Assembly (NCBI GenBank): GCA_000002445.1
Contig: CM000208.1
Coordinates: 2,912,001-2,976,000 of the forward strand
Reading direction: 5' to 3'
DNA from: Trypanosoma brucei
Taxonomy: Eukaryota
Length of the DNA stretch: 64,000 nt
Shown here piece by piece: positions 1 to 9,862 of this stretch. Position numbers and translations under genes: made by a program. The notes under the pieces were generated by a model. The model was not told the origin of the DNA, made no database searches, and worked only from the letters and a program-made list of their open reading frames with translations. Within the stretch, counting starts at the first letter, position 1, and every line of letters begins with the position of its first letter.

Positions 1-2
1 GC

Positions 3-149
3 CACCCTTCGTCACCCGCTGGTTTCTGGAGAAGGGGCGAACTGCGATCACTGCTGGAGGATGCCGGTTACGACGTGATCCATGAGGAGGAAACGACGCT
101 TCCAGACACGAGGCCATTTTTGCACATTCTTGCCAGGCGGGCAGTCTGA
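3..149 (+). CDS. 3' end of a plus-strand gene truncated by the window edge. The frame-3 translation ...AGFWRRGELRSLLEDAGYDVIHEEETTLPDTRPFLHILARRAV* resembles the C-terminus of a class I SAM-dependent methyltransferase.
   Basis: Open frame runs from the window edge to TGA at 147-149. The motif W-R-x-GEL-x-x-LLEDAGYDV is typical of Rossmann-fold methyltransferase C-termini. Only 48 codons are visible, so this is weak. Confidence 0.3.
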   Translation, partial: HPSSPAGFWRRGELRSLLEDAGYDVIHEEETTLPDTRPFLHILARRAV

Positions 150-1573
150 TGACGGACACGTAAAAGCCACAACGCCCCCAGCGATCTTAAAGTTTGGAAT
201 GTGGTCCGAGCAACGCCCACGAGCGTAGGGCCGAACCATCCATCAGTGATGGGAGGGCGCTTGTGGTCCAGGAAGCGCAATAAGCACCGACGATGTGAGG
301 GACGGTACCCACTCTGTCACTCGTATGCTTGTGCCTACTCGGGCGTTGATTCCGTTTGCTTTTTTCTAACATTTGCGCCCGTTAAAGGCAAAGTAGTGAA
401 GTAATCTCCCCTTCCAAAGAAAGAAAAAAAAAAGGAAAACCACAAATCCCTTTGGGTGGAAGGTGTGGCCGGTTCAACCACTTCATTCCGCTATGCTGCC
501 TTGAAGTCTCCGCGGAAGCGGAGGCTACTTGTTCGCGCCTTTCTGTGGCGAAAATGAAAATTACTAAACCTCAAGTTTGGCGTCCCCACCACTCAAGCCA
601 TGCCTTGTTTCCTCTCTGTCGTCCGCAGCCGTTTCATGGAGCTCCGCCAGGAGGAGCCAAGCTCGCAACAACGCAGCAATTTTGTGCCTAAGAGTCCCAA
701 TCCATCCGCATTAATGCCGCTCCCGGGCGCCGGCATCCAGCCCATTTGCCCCCAGCTCCCAAATGCTAACCATGCGGAAACGGAGAGAAGCGCGATTCAA
801 GCTGGCAGGCATGCATTTTTCGCTACCAAATTCAGCAGCCGGCCCCATACCGCGGTGACGGCCAGGATGAGTGAAGGTAAGTCAGCCACCCTTGGCTACA
901 CTTTTTTGCTTCTCTGGGCTCTCTTAAGCCCTCACCTACTAATCCCACCCCCCAAAAAACAACAGTGCACCTGTCCAACCGGACCCGCCCAGTGACCCCT
1001 GCCTTCTACAAGTACGGTTATACAAGATTTGAAAAAAGGAAGTGAAGAGGGATATCGCTCCACAGGCATGTACGGTGCCGCCAACGCGGATGCGGGAAAG
1101 CCAGCAATGAAAAGGGAAGAGGGTTGGATCCCATCCGTTTAACGAGGTTCTGCAGTTCGTGCTCCTACCTTATCGGTAATTGGACATTTGTCCTTTCTTT
1201 CCTTTTAGGGGATGCTTGAGGGGGGGAAGGTCCACCAGCGGTATCGCTAAGGGCGGGTGGCGCGTGTCAACACGCTCAGGGGGTTTAGACTGCGACGACA
1301 AGGTGCCGACAACCGGCGGTTCTGTGTCATGGCTCGCTTCCCCAACTTCGTTCCCGTTTGCATCCGTAGCGGTAAACAAAAATACAACCGGAGGCAAACC
1401 GTGCGGCAACCGGTGAAGCGGGGATAGGATGCTGCTTGCTTTTTGCACTGCTCCACGACTTTCCGTCAATCCAGTCCAGTCGATTACATGTTGCTTCACA
1501 AAAACCCACGGCTAGTTCGTGCGAAAACGGCATCGAAACTACAGAACAGTCGCGACGTCCTTCCTCAGCTGAC

Positions 1574-2689
1574 TCACCGCTTGCCGCATGTTGCGTATAA
1601 CCGTCCTCTACGAACCTTGAAGCGCGAAGGTCTGTACTGCTTTTTCTCACCGAAGTACTCACGCAACTGCGCATACTCCTCCTCCTTAACATTGTGAATC
1701 ATCAATGAACTGTGACTAAGAGGCCCCACCCAACCCTTTCCGTGAAGGTTATGAAAACGGCACATTGGCTCGCCGACGAACAAGGGCTGGTAACCCATTT
1801 CGTAGAGTACACGCCCCATAAGTAAGTCTTCGTGTTGCATGTACAGGGAGGTAAATTCATCCTCCCGCTCTTTGCTGTACGGCACGTCGACAAGTTTCTT
1901 TAGGGGTTCGTATGTCAGGAATTGTTCTATCACCTCTCTCGAAGCGGTGTAAAGACCCCCAGTTGCGAACAACAAAGGCATGAAGCGTGCGTTAACAATG
2001 TTCCCCCAATATAAACGGCGACGTGGTAGAGCACGAAGGTCAGCAAGGTACTGCGGGGTGTGCACAAACATGTCGTCATCCGACTTGGCAACATAATTAA
2101 CATTAGGGAGGAGCCGCAGCATCAGACTAAACCACTTGTACATTTTACGACTCATACCGATCTCAGCATCGGGGCCCCAGTACCTGCCGTCCTGTCCAAT
2201 TACCTTGTTCGTACTTACACGGCCCTCCTTGATTGGGAGAGCGATGATATCTTGCCAACGCAACCCCTCCTCCACTAACTGGGGCGAATGCGTGTAGTTA
2301 TGATCTGGATGGCGCGCGAGAACAAAGGTAACGAGCAAATCTCCAGTAAAGTTATTACTCCTCCTCGCGACGCCTTGGTATTGCCAGCAGGTCAAACGCT
2401 GAAGATGGCGCCTGCGTCGTCTCACGGCATTATCGGGCGACAATACACCGAGCATGACGAGGAAATTTCGTTCCCTCCACGCACGCACAACATCCGGGGG
2501 CACGTACTGCAGAGACTCCCGATCCTTTTCGGTATAGTCGAACTCCGGGAGTGGCGGGGGGGCCGAGAAGCTCGCTTGGGAGGCCTCCCGTACAATACGT
2601 TTGCTCCTCGTTGAAAAAATCAATAGGATTGCCACGAAAGTAAGGCAGACGAGGATCAGTCCCCTCCTACTCAAAATTTGTCCAACCAT
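1574..2689 (-). CDS. Type II membrane glycosyltransferase of the trypanosome GT67 family (UDP-Gal/UDP-GlcNAc-dependent, beta3GnT-like)
   Basis: 371-aa ORF. It has an N-terminal signal anchor (LILVCLTFVAILLIF) and a DxD-type motif (YVAKSDDDMFVHT). The overall pattern matches the expanded T. brucei glycosyltransferase family, judged from memory of family signatures. Confidence 0.65.
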   Translation of the reverse strand: MVGQILSRRGLILVCLTFVAILLIFSTRSKRIVREASQASFSAPPPLPEFDYTEKDRESLQYVPPDVVRAWRERNFLVMLGVLSPDNAVRRRRRHLQRLTCWQYQGVARRSNNFTGDLLVTFVLARHPDHNYTHSPQLVEEGLRWQDIIALPIKEGRVSTNKVIGQDGRYWGPDAEIGMSRKMYKWFSLMLRLLPNVNYVAKSDDDMFVHTPQYLADLRALPRRRLYWGNIVNARFMPLLFATGGLYTASREVIEQFLTYEPLKKLVDVPYSKEREDEFTSLYMQHEDLLMGRVLYEMGYQPLFVGEPMCRFHNLHGKGWVGPLSHSSLMIHNVKEEEYAQLREYFGEKKQYRPSRFKVRRGRLYATCGKR

Positions 2690-3595
2690 GCTGGGGTCCT
2701 TTCTTTCCTTGTGTGGTGGGGCGGTGCAAGAGGGGATGAGGAGACGGATAATAGTTGAAGAGGAAGGATGCGAGGCGGGCGGTTACGCTTCCACTGAAAC
2801 AAGTAATGCCACACACAACCCCAACGGAACCCAATGATTCACTGTCGAATTAATCAACAATAATGCCAATCACAAGCACCATGAGCAACGAACGATATCA
2901 CCTTCTACCAAATCAGGCGCACCAACAACAACGCGTTCTGTCACACACAACAGATGTGTGCTGATTGGGTAAACCTGCTAGAACTCCCTCAACGGTTAGC
3001 AGCTAAACAATTGAAGGCGTCCGCATTACACAACCCCTCGACAACCGCAAAAAGATTTACAATGTTCCTGACCATTCACCGTTCTTGCAGGAGACGCAGC
3101 AAATGACTGCCATCCGTTCCCTCCCCGTACCATTCGGCGTCAACGTTGCCTTCGGTATCGCACTGGGGAACCTTGCTAACAGCGCCACCAACCCAACAAT
3201 TAGAACCGCCAGCAATACTTCACCTGGTTGCCGACTTTACTGCACGGTGGCGCCCACACGCTGAAGAAAAACAGTCGCGATGCAAGTAGAGGTTTACTCA
3301 TAAACTGGGCAACTTTGGATAAATGGTTGTACATTCGTGCCTCAGTAGTGACGAGCGGAACACAACTGCCCATACACCTACGCAGTGCGATAGAGCGCAG
3401 CGACTTGGTTGTCACCACAACCCGCGACTGCTCACCGTGGCCACCATTACCCGAATGCGAGGGGTTCGGATTCCTTGCACGTATATGGCGTCACAATCTT
3501 TACTTAGCGGTTGTCCTTTCGTCCAGGGCGGGAAAAAAAAAACACCCAAGCGAAGCGGCTTTCCAACCGACGCATTCCAAGAAACTTTTGATTGG

Positions 3596-3997
3596 CTAGT
3601 ACCCCGGCGGACGAGGGAGGTTCTGCACGCCTCTCACGACAGCACCTGCGCCATCTATGGGGGTGATGCCCCATAGCCTGTAGCGCAGGTAGCAAAAGGC
3701 AAAGTAAAGCAGAATCATAATTGGGCCCAAGACTGAGATGTTTGCCACCGTCAGCAATTTCTTAATTTTGAACTTTTGGTCCACGGGCACTTTCTCAAGT
3801 TTATCTTCGAAAACGGACAGCTCCTCCTTGCGCTGTTTCCATCGGCGGTAGGACCAGCGATTGATAGGGTGGCTATCCTTACTTACCTCCCAATAGCCGC
3901 GCTCGCGTAGTGTATCTTTCTTCAATGTTTTGTTGAATGCGTAAAGGCGCTCGGCGTTAATTCTTCCCATTGCGCCTTTGCGCACAAAGTTAGCCAT
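3596..3997 (-). CDS. Small hypothetical protein (133 aa) with a basic N-terminal region and one C-terminal hydrophobic segment, so possibly a tail-anchored membrane protein
   Basis: ORF in the same orientation as the polycistron. A purine-rich tract (polypyrimidine on the minus strand) lies upstream. No family recognised. Confidence 0.4.
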   Translation of the reverse strand: MANFVRKGAMGRINAERLYAFNKTLKKDTLRERGYWEVSKDSHPINRWSYRRWKQRKEELSVFEDKLEKVPVDQKFKIKKLLTVANISVLGPIMILLYFAFCYLRYRLWGITPIDGAGAVVRGVQNLPRPPGY

Positions 3998-4204
3998 CGG
4001 TGACGATGTCCGCTACTATTTCTTCCTACTGCACGGCGGTCTCCACAGAACACCGAGAATGAAAGAGGGAAAGGAGAAGGACAGTCTCTCACACTCTCTG
4101 TGAAGTGAAAGTGACACACTCCCCGCTCAATTTTTTCTTTAACCATGCCACCAACCCAGCCCCGAACTAAAAAAACAAACAAACGTTACCCAAAGGCCGA
4201 CTAT

Positions 4205-4220
4205 ACACACACACACACAC
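4205..4220. repeat. (AC)8 microsatellite
   Basis: Read directly. Confidence 0.85.
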
Positions 4221-4268
4221 AAATGCGGAGAGTAGTGACTGCACCAACGCAAGCAGCACCCCTTCCGC

Positions 4269-7037
4269 TCATTTCATGTTTTGTCGATGGGCCTTGCTCT
4301 TTAAGTGCTGTTCCCACACGCGCACTGCAACGTTTCGGCGGCAAACCCTACACATGACCTTTCCCGCCTTACGAGGGTTGGTAACTTCGTCCCTCGACAC
4401 GTGCCGTGGGGGCACACGATCCTTTCTTAAGTTCCGCGGGTCTTCCATACGTTCATGCTTCAAGGGATAACCAGGAAAGTGAGTGTCTAGATACTCCTGG
4501 AAGTTGTTCTTCTGACGGTCCTCGTAGAGCGCTTTAAAGCGATCATACGAGTCTGTGATGAAGGTAGCTTCCCCTGGGAGAATCTTTCCATCCTTGTCAC
4601 GTCCTTTCTTCCATTTGAGCCCGAAAGGTTTGCAGAGCCTGTCGAGCTGCTTCTGCTTGGCGGGGTCTAGTCGCAGTTTGGTGCATGCATCGCACTGGTT
4701 AACGTGCATCAGCACACCGCAGAGCCTCTCGAACGGGGTCGCATCCAGCCCAATGTAGCCGCCCTTGTGCACGTCGAGTGGAGGCACACTTCCATGGGCC
4801 TCCAGATACTCGCGAAGAGTATTCAAACACTCCTCCCACGGGTATGGACCGTGGAGTCCGTAAGTCCGCCACAGAGGGAGTGATTCCAGGTCGCGTATTT
4901 GGTGCATCCTCAAACAGGAGGGTTCTTTGTCCAAGTACTGACGGTATCCCTTTCGGCAGTAACGGTAAAAGAGAGCCATTGAAACCGATTTCTTTCCAAT
5001 AACCCAAGCATCGTTTGTTTTGGGATATCTATTGCACTCTAGCACAATGCGTTTCATTTCGTTGAAGGCATTCTTCCACGGAAGTCGCGTCGCGCGGTGC
5101 AATCGATCCGTGTTCTGGCTTGAGTAGCGCACCCCACGCCTGATGGCGGGAAGAACGAACCTTCGTAGCCGTTCAGATGACAGCTTGAGGGACCTCACAC
5201 CCACGACATCAACGTCGTAGGACACTTTATGAGGGTCAATCAAATACTCAAACAGCAGCGGATCTTCGTCCATCAAAGCATCTGTAAAGGGGACAAGCGT
5301 GGAAAACTTCTCCAGATTGACGGGGTGATCTTCCGGCAGCCTCTTGTTGATGGTGGCGGGAAGGAACACGTAGGAAATGGGCTTGTTTTCCATTTTATTG
5401 AGCGGTCGGCATATACTCTGAACAATGTCACGGGAGCTGTAGCGCGGGGCGGCAAAAAATACGGCGTTGAGGTCGGGAATCTCCACCCCTTCCTGGAGTA
5501 AACGAACGTTTAGCAATAGGCAACGTCTGGATGCTGAAAAATCTCTCAAAACACTAGCAACGGCGGCGCTCCCCATCCGAGAATGGGCGAGCAACACATC
5601 GAAGGGCGTTATATCATCAGGGAGGGGATGCTTCAGATCCGCCGCAAGCTTTGTCGCGTGCTCAATGCACCTACAGTAGACGATCATCTTGTCCACGGTA
5701 TTCATAGCTTCATAAAAGTATGGATTCATGTCATCCATGCTCTCGCCCAATACAATTCGCACCGCAAAAGGGTTCACGTAACCAGCGTCGATGCCCTCCC
5801 GCAAATAGTACCGATACGCTATGTCACCAAACAGATACGTGTTGTCCATTTTTAGTGGCGTATCGTATGCTGGTGTTGCAGTGAGGAATAATCTCCGTCC
5901 GCAGCGAGGTTGGAGGAGGACGTTATTGAAATTAGTGGGTAAGTCACTCCCACAAACGCGGTGACATTCATCAAATACGGTGAGTGCAAAATTTGGCATT
6001 TTTGAGATTATGTGCGAAGACTGATATGTGCTAATAACAATCAAATGTGAGGCACATGAGCTGATGGTGCTCCTAATCAATTCAGCGTCAGTCGTCATGT
6101 TACGAACACAGCCGTCCCCCATGAATATGCTTCCGCTGTCTGACCCTATAAGAAGAAATGGAACATCCTTCAAACCATAGCTATAAAGCTTCCGAGCTGT
6201 CTGCCGCAAAAGCGCAAGGCCTGGAACCAGGTAAAGAATGATGGAATTTGGTTTCATCTCCAAGTGCCGACGAATGAGATCATATGCCACTGGGGTCTTC
6301 CCGCAACGGCACGCCATTTGACAAATTGTGGCGCCACAACTATCGAGCTGCTCAAGGCAACGAGCTACAGCATCCTTTTGATACGGACGAAGCGCCGCCA
6401 AACTAAACGTCTCTTCTCCCAACGCATCCACAACCTCAAAATCACAGCCAATTTCATAGTCTTCCCCGTCTCCTGTCTCAACACTGTTGAAAATATCATC
6501 GTCAGTCGGTGCATCACATGGAGAATTGAGAGAAACCATGGACTCACGAAGCTTTTCCAGTGATCCCATGTACTTTTCCAGGGTGTGCAATTTCGGAGCC
6601 TCCGCCTCACGCCGGGAGTTTTTCTCAGTCGAGATCCGTCCACTGCTCGCATAGTCGGGTGGTAAGCTGTTCTTTTCAATATAAACGGGTGCCATGTTCA
6701 CCAGTGCGTTTAAGTTGAGCGTGCTACAAACACGTCGGGCACCCTCGGTAACATCTTGCGCATCGCCTTTTATAAGCTCTCGCTGTGGGACGCGCCTTTC
6801 TTTGAACAGAAACAGCACAGCTTGTTCAAGGAGGAACGCCTCTTTCATGCTTTCACAACGGAAAACAGCGTAGTACGACCATTCGGGTGTGAAGCACGTT
6901 GTGAACGAAGCCATTTCTAGGCGGCGGGTAAAGTCCGCTGTGCACCCAACCTTCACGTAGCCGGAGCCCGTCAACCATGGGTGGACGGCAACGTAAAAGC
7001 CAAGGCCACACCTAACGAGCACGGTCAGGCGGACCAT
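4269..7037 (-). CDS. Superfamily-2 DExH/DECH-box helicase (type III restriction Res-like or XPB-like core) with a C-terminal C2H2 U1/matrin-type zinc finger
   Basis: Walker A-like ACRCGKT, motif II VFDECHRV, motif III LFLTATP, motif VI QSICRPLN. The C-terminus has CRVCRRNVAVRVWEQHLKSKAHRQNMK (C-x2-C...H-x5-H). The true start may lie downstream of the first ATG. Confidence 0.7.
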   Translation of the reverse strand: MVRLTVLVRCGLGFYVAVHPWLTGSGYVKVGCTADFTRRLEMASFTTCFTPEWSYYAVFRCESMKEAFLLEQAVLFLFKERRVPQRELIKGDAQDVTEGARRVCSTLNLNALVNMAPVYIEKNSLPPDYASSGRISTEKNSRREAEAPKLHTLEKYMGSLEKLRESMVSLNSPCDAPTDDDIFNSVETGDGEDYEIGCDFEVVDALGEETFSLAALRPYQKDAVARCLEQLDSCGATICQMACRCGKTPVAYDLIRRHLEMKPNSIILYLVPGLALLRQTARKLYSYGLKDVPFLLIGSDSGSIFMGDGCVRNMTTDAELIRSTISSCASHLIVISTYQSSHIISKMPNFALTVFDECHRVCGSDLPTNFNNVLLQPRCGRRLFLTATPAYDTPLKMDNTYLFGDIAYRYYLREGIDAGYVNPFAVRIVLGESMDDMNPYFYEAMNTVDKMIVYCRCIEHATKLAADLKHPLPDDITPFDVLLAHSRMGSAAVASVLRDFSASRRCLLLNVRLLQEGVEIPDLNAVFFAAPRYSSRDIVQSICRPLNKMENKPISYVFLPATINKRLPEDHPVNLEKFSTLVPFTDALMDEDPLLFEYLIDPHKVSYDVDVVGVRSLKLSSERLRRFVLPAIRRGVRYSSQNTDRLHRATRLPWKNAFNEMKRIVLECNRYPKTNDAWVIGKKSVSMALFYRYCRKGYRQYLDKEPSCLRMHQIRDLESLPLWRTYGLHGPYPWEECLNTLREYLEAHGSVPPLDVHKGGYIGLDATPFERLCGVLMHVNQCDACTKLRLDPAKQKQLDRLCKPFGLKWKKGRDKDGKILPGEATFITDSYDRFKALYEDRQKNNFQEYLDTHFPGYPLKHERMEDPRNLRKDRVPPRHVSRDEVTNPRKAGKVMCRVCRRNVAVRVWEQHLKSKAHRQNMK

Positions 7038-7363
7038 TGGCTGCCCTCACAAAACAGTAAAAACGATCGAAAGAAGGTAAGAAAGGGGGAAATATTTTAA
7101 ATTTGTTACAATAAAGGAAGATGATCAAAAATGTAGCAGGGTTGTAGAACAAAACGGTCGCTACAGTTTGCCATAGGTAATGCAACGATCCCCATTTCTA
7201 ACCACTGTGGGTCTTGGTGAACTGCATCCTGAAGCTCCTAGCGAACCAAGAGGGCCGAATCCAAACTACACATCTAAGGATTAAACAAGACCAGAAACTG
7301 CATCTAAGGTGAAAAGGTGTTGGGGCGAGCTAACCGGGGTAATGTCGCCTGTCGTTACGATGG

Positions 7364-8587
7364 TTAGTCCCCAAAGAGGGCTTGTGAAGTGAGGCCCTCA
7401 CCTTCTGAAGGTAATTCTACCCATGATAAATCGTAGACGTAAGAAGCAGGTTGTTCTTTAGTTCCTTCTAGGACCGCCGTGCTGTCGGCGAGCAAGATCA
7501 CGCGAAGAGCAGGGTCTAGTTCCTGGGTTTGTGAAAACGCAACCAACCTTTCCGCAAACCCGCGGTCAGTCACAATCTCACACTCCTTTTCCCATCTCAA
7601 CTTAACCACGGCAAACGCAAAAACCGCACCAAGGTCTTGACAACTCGCACCGCGTAGAAACCCCTCACAACGCCGCATAATAGATTGAATAAACCTCACT
7701 GCCTCCACGCGTTTGGCGTTAAGCGTGCACTTCTCTTGGATCTGCTGCTGCGCCAACTCCTTCAGCATCTGCAAATCTTCTAGTGTCTTTGCGTGACGCG
7801 ATCGCATTAAGATGTCTCGCCTGGCTTCCTCCAGTTTGGTATCATGCGAATACCTCGCAAGCATGGAGAACCCAGCTGTAAGAGCAGACAAATAACAATA
7901 AAGCATGTCGGTATCGGGGAGACCCATCTGCCTACATTCCTGAAGGCGATCCTTCACACCGATTACCGCATTAGAGCCCTTTCCCTCCCCAAGCACAACC
8001 ACAAGCGGTAGGAGGTGCTGGAATTTTGCGTCGGAGAGGGTACAAGTCATCTTACCCCTAGACATGCGCAGAAAGGCTTCGAGCTCTTCCACAACGGCCG
8101 CCGCCGCGGGCTCAAGAACCGGGGATCGCCGCGTACTCCGTAGCAATCTACTGGCACCCTCATACGCACCCTGAGAAGCGTATGCCAGTGCAAGTTCTAT
8201 GGAAGCCATTCGACATTCCGGGGAGTGGAAACTGTACAGTAATTTATTAAGAGAGAAAGCCAACAGAAAAAGCGGAGATAACGCCATAAAATCCAGGAGT
8301 GAGATACCATTGGGGCCGCGCACGCGCTCAACTTCTGCGGAAAGGATACTAATTTTTGCGTGCGGTGACTTTGACGCATCTAAGGCGATGCAGTTGCACA
8401 ACTGGGTGCATTGATCCTCTTTCTCTCTGTAAGCTTCAGAAGAACCTACCGCACCATGCAGGACGCTGTTCTTCGAAGCGGCACCCCGTGCAATGACTAC
8501 TTGAAGTAATTCTACCACTACCTTCCGTTGAAGAATAAGGTGCACCAAGGAGCTGCGCTCTCCACTACTCAACATTAGGCGATGCAC
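7364..8587 (-). CDS. Hypothetical all-helical protein (407 aa)
   Basis: Long minus-strand ORF with typical coding complexity. No diagnostic motif recognised. A PCI-like helical repeat protein is only a guess. Confidence 0.5.
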   Translation of the reverse strand: MHRLMLSSGERSSLVHLILQRKVVVELLQVVIARGAASKNSVLHGAVGSSEAYREKEDQCTQLCNCIALDASKSPHAKISILSAEVERVRGPNGISLLDFMALSPLFLLAFSLNKLLYSFHSPECRMASIELALAYASQGAYEGASRLLRSTRRSPVLEPAAAAVVEELEAFLRMSRGKMTCTLSDAKFQHLLPLVVVLGEGKGSNAVIGVKDRLQECRQMGLPDTDMLYCYLSALTAGFSMLARYSHDTKLEEARRDILMRSRHAKTLEDLQMLKELAQQQIQEKCTLNAKRVEAVRFIQSIMRRCEGFLRGASCQDLGAVFAFAVVKLRWEKECEIVTDRGFAERLVAFSQTQELDPALRVILLADSTAVLEGTKEQPASYVYDLSWVELPSEGEGLTSQALFGD

Positions 8588-8923
8588 CTTTGGTGAGGTA
8601 AGGTAGAAAGTGAACCATCACAACGAGTTGAAAGATAGCAGCAAAGCAATACCCCAAAGTACGAAAAGCAAAAAAGAAAAAAAGAAAAAAAACGACGAAG
8701 GGGAGTCCCTTCTCCCACCCCTTCGCCTTATCCCCCAAGAATGGAGATAGGGGTGCTGATAAATAATATAGCAGTGGGAGCGATAAACCCCAACAAGCCC
8801 CGGACACCCACCATGCAAGAGGACGGTCGAGACCAAGTTAAAGAAAGTGGGAACAAGAAAATATTTTTGATTAATCATTCTCTGTTCCTAAATTACTCTT
8901 AATTACCTAGCTATTGCTTTTCA

Positions 8924-9574
8924 TTAGGGGGATTCGGCAGCCACATCATGTTTTCCATCGGCCTGGTCGCGACCGTCTACTGAATGGGAAGAGTGACGAT
9001 CCGCCTCTGCAGTGCCGTCGGCCTGTTTCACGCGATCCGCATGACCTACACGGCAGTGCTCACCATATTGACAAGGTCGTCTCCCATCGTCTTCATGCAG
9101 GAAACGGCATGCATCGTAGAATTTACAATTCTTTTGGAGAAAAAAGCAGCAAGTTGTCTCTTTCTCCCAGCGCCTCTGTGTTTCCAATGACCCACCAACA
9201 AACGGCTTCTTTTTTCGTGCGCGAAGACCGAACCCACCGCGACCACGGTCACCGGTAGTGCCTCCCACGTAGGCACCACGTCCGTAGCCTCCACCACCAC
9301 GCCCACCGTTGTAGGGAGCCCTCCCACGGCCCATGTGCCCCAGAACGGTATTTTGAAATCCCTGGAAGTGCACCGGGTTGTAAGCCCCCTGGGGGTACGA
9401 ATGGTAGTAACCCCCCTGCGGGTAGTGCGTTGGGGCGTGATACTGTTGAGGCGGGTAGCCCACATGGCTATAGGTGTTGTATCCACCGTATCCTCGGTTG
9501 GGTACAAGTTGCGTTTGACCAAATGGTTGCATTCCCACAGGTAGAAGATCAATGCGCGTACGAGTGCTATTCAA
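8924..9574 (-). CDS. CCCH-type zinc-finger RNA-binding protein with a Q/Y/G-rich low-complexity N-terminal half and RGG repeats
   Basis: C-x7-C-x5-C-x3-H finger (CCFFLQKNCKFYDACRFLH) plus a second partial C-x5-C-x3-H. The N-terminal half is Gly/Tyr/Pro/Gln-rich with GRGGGGYGRG and RGRGG motifs. Confidence 0.6.
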   Translation of the reverse strand: MNSTRTRIDLLPVGMQPFGQTQLVPNRGYGGYNTYSHVGYPPQQYHAPTHYPQGGYYHSYPQGAYNPVHFQGFQNTVLGHMGRGRAPYNGGRGGGGYGRGAYVGGTTGDRGRGGFGLRARKKKPFVGGSLETQRRWEKETTCCFFLQKNCKFYDACRFLHEDDGRRPCQYGEHCRVGHADRVKQADGTAEADRHSSHSVDGRDQADGKHDVAAESP

Positions 9575-9862
9575 AGGCGAGTGAACCCGCAGAAGAAAGA
9601 AGAGAGGAAGTGAGGGAAGAGAATGTGGAAATGTAGACGAATGGTTAGCGAATTATGTGCTTCACATTTTGCTGTCGGCACCCTCTCCTGCTTAAAGCGG
9701 GCAAAGAGGTTGGGGGCAAAAAAAATGAACGCAAGTACCGTAAGGATGAAGTCGAACGAACGTTACACACCGTAGCGTTCGCACACATAATGTACACTGG
9801 CACCTTAACCGACTGTTACATACCATTCCGCGGTGATCACTGTCCGCCTCCTGAAGAAGAAA

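Noticed and set aside
600-995. 131-aa plus-strand ORF and neighbouring 100-120-aa ORFs in the left 1.5 kb
   Set aside because: Pro/Ser-rich and low-complexity with no motif, and inconsistent frames. More likely non-coding strand-switch or intergenic DNA.
3596-3997. Possible identity of the 133-aa protein as complex I subunit GRIM-19/B16.6, suggested by the NLPR and PPGY strings
   Set aside because: The motif order and TM placement are reversed relative to GRIM-19. The similarity is too weak to call.
9046-9552. 168-aa minus-strand ORF overlapping the CCCH zinc-finger gene in another frame
   Set aside because: It is an alternative-frame read-through of the Gly/Tyr-rich coding region. The CCCH-containing frame is the one with recognisable motifs.
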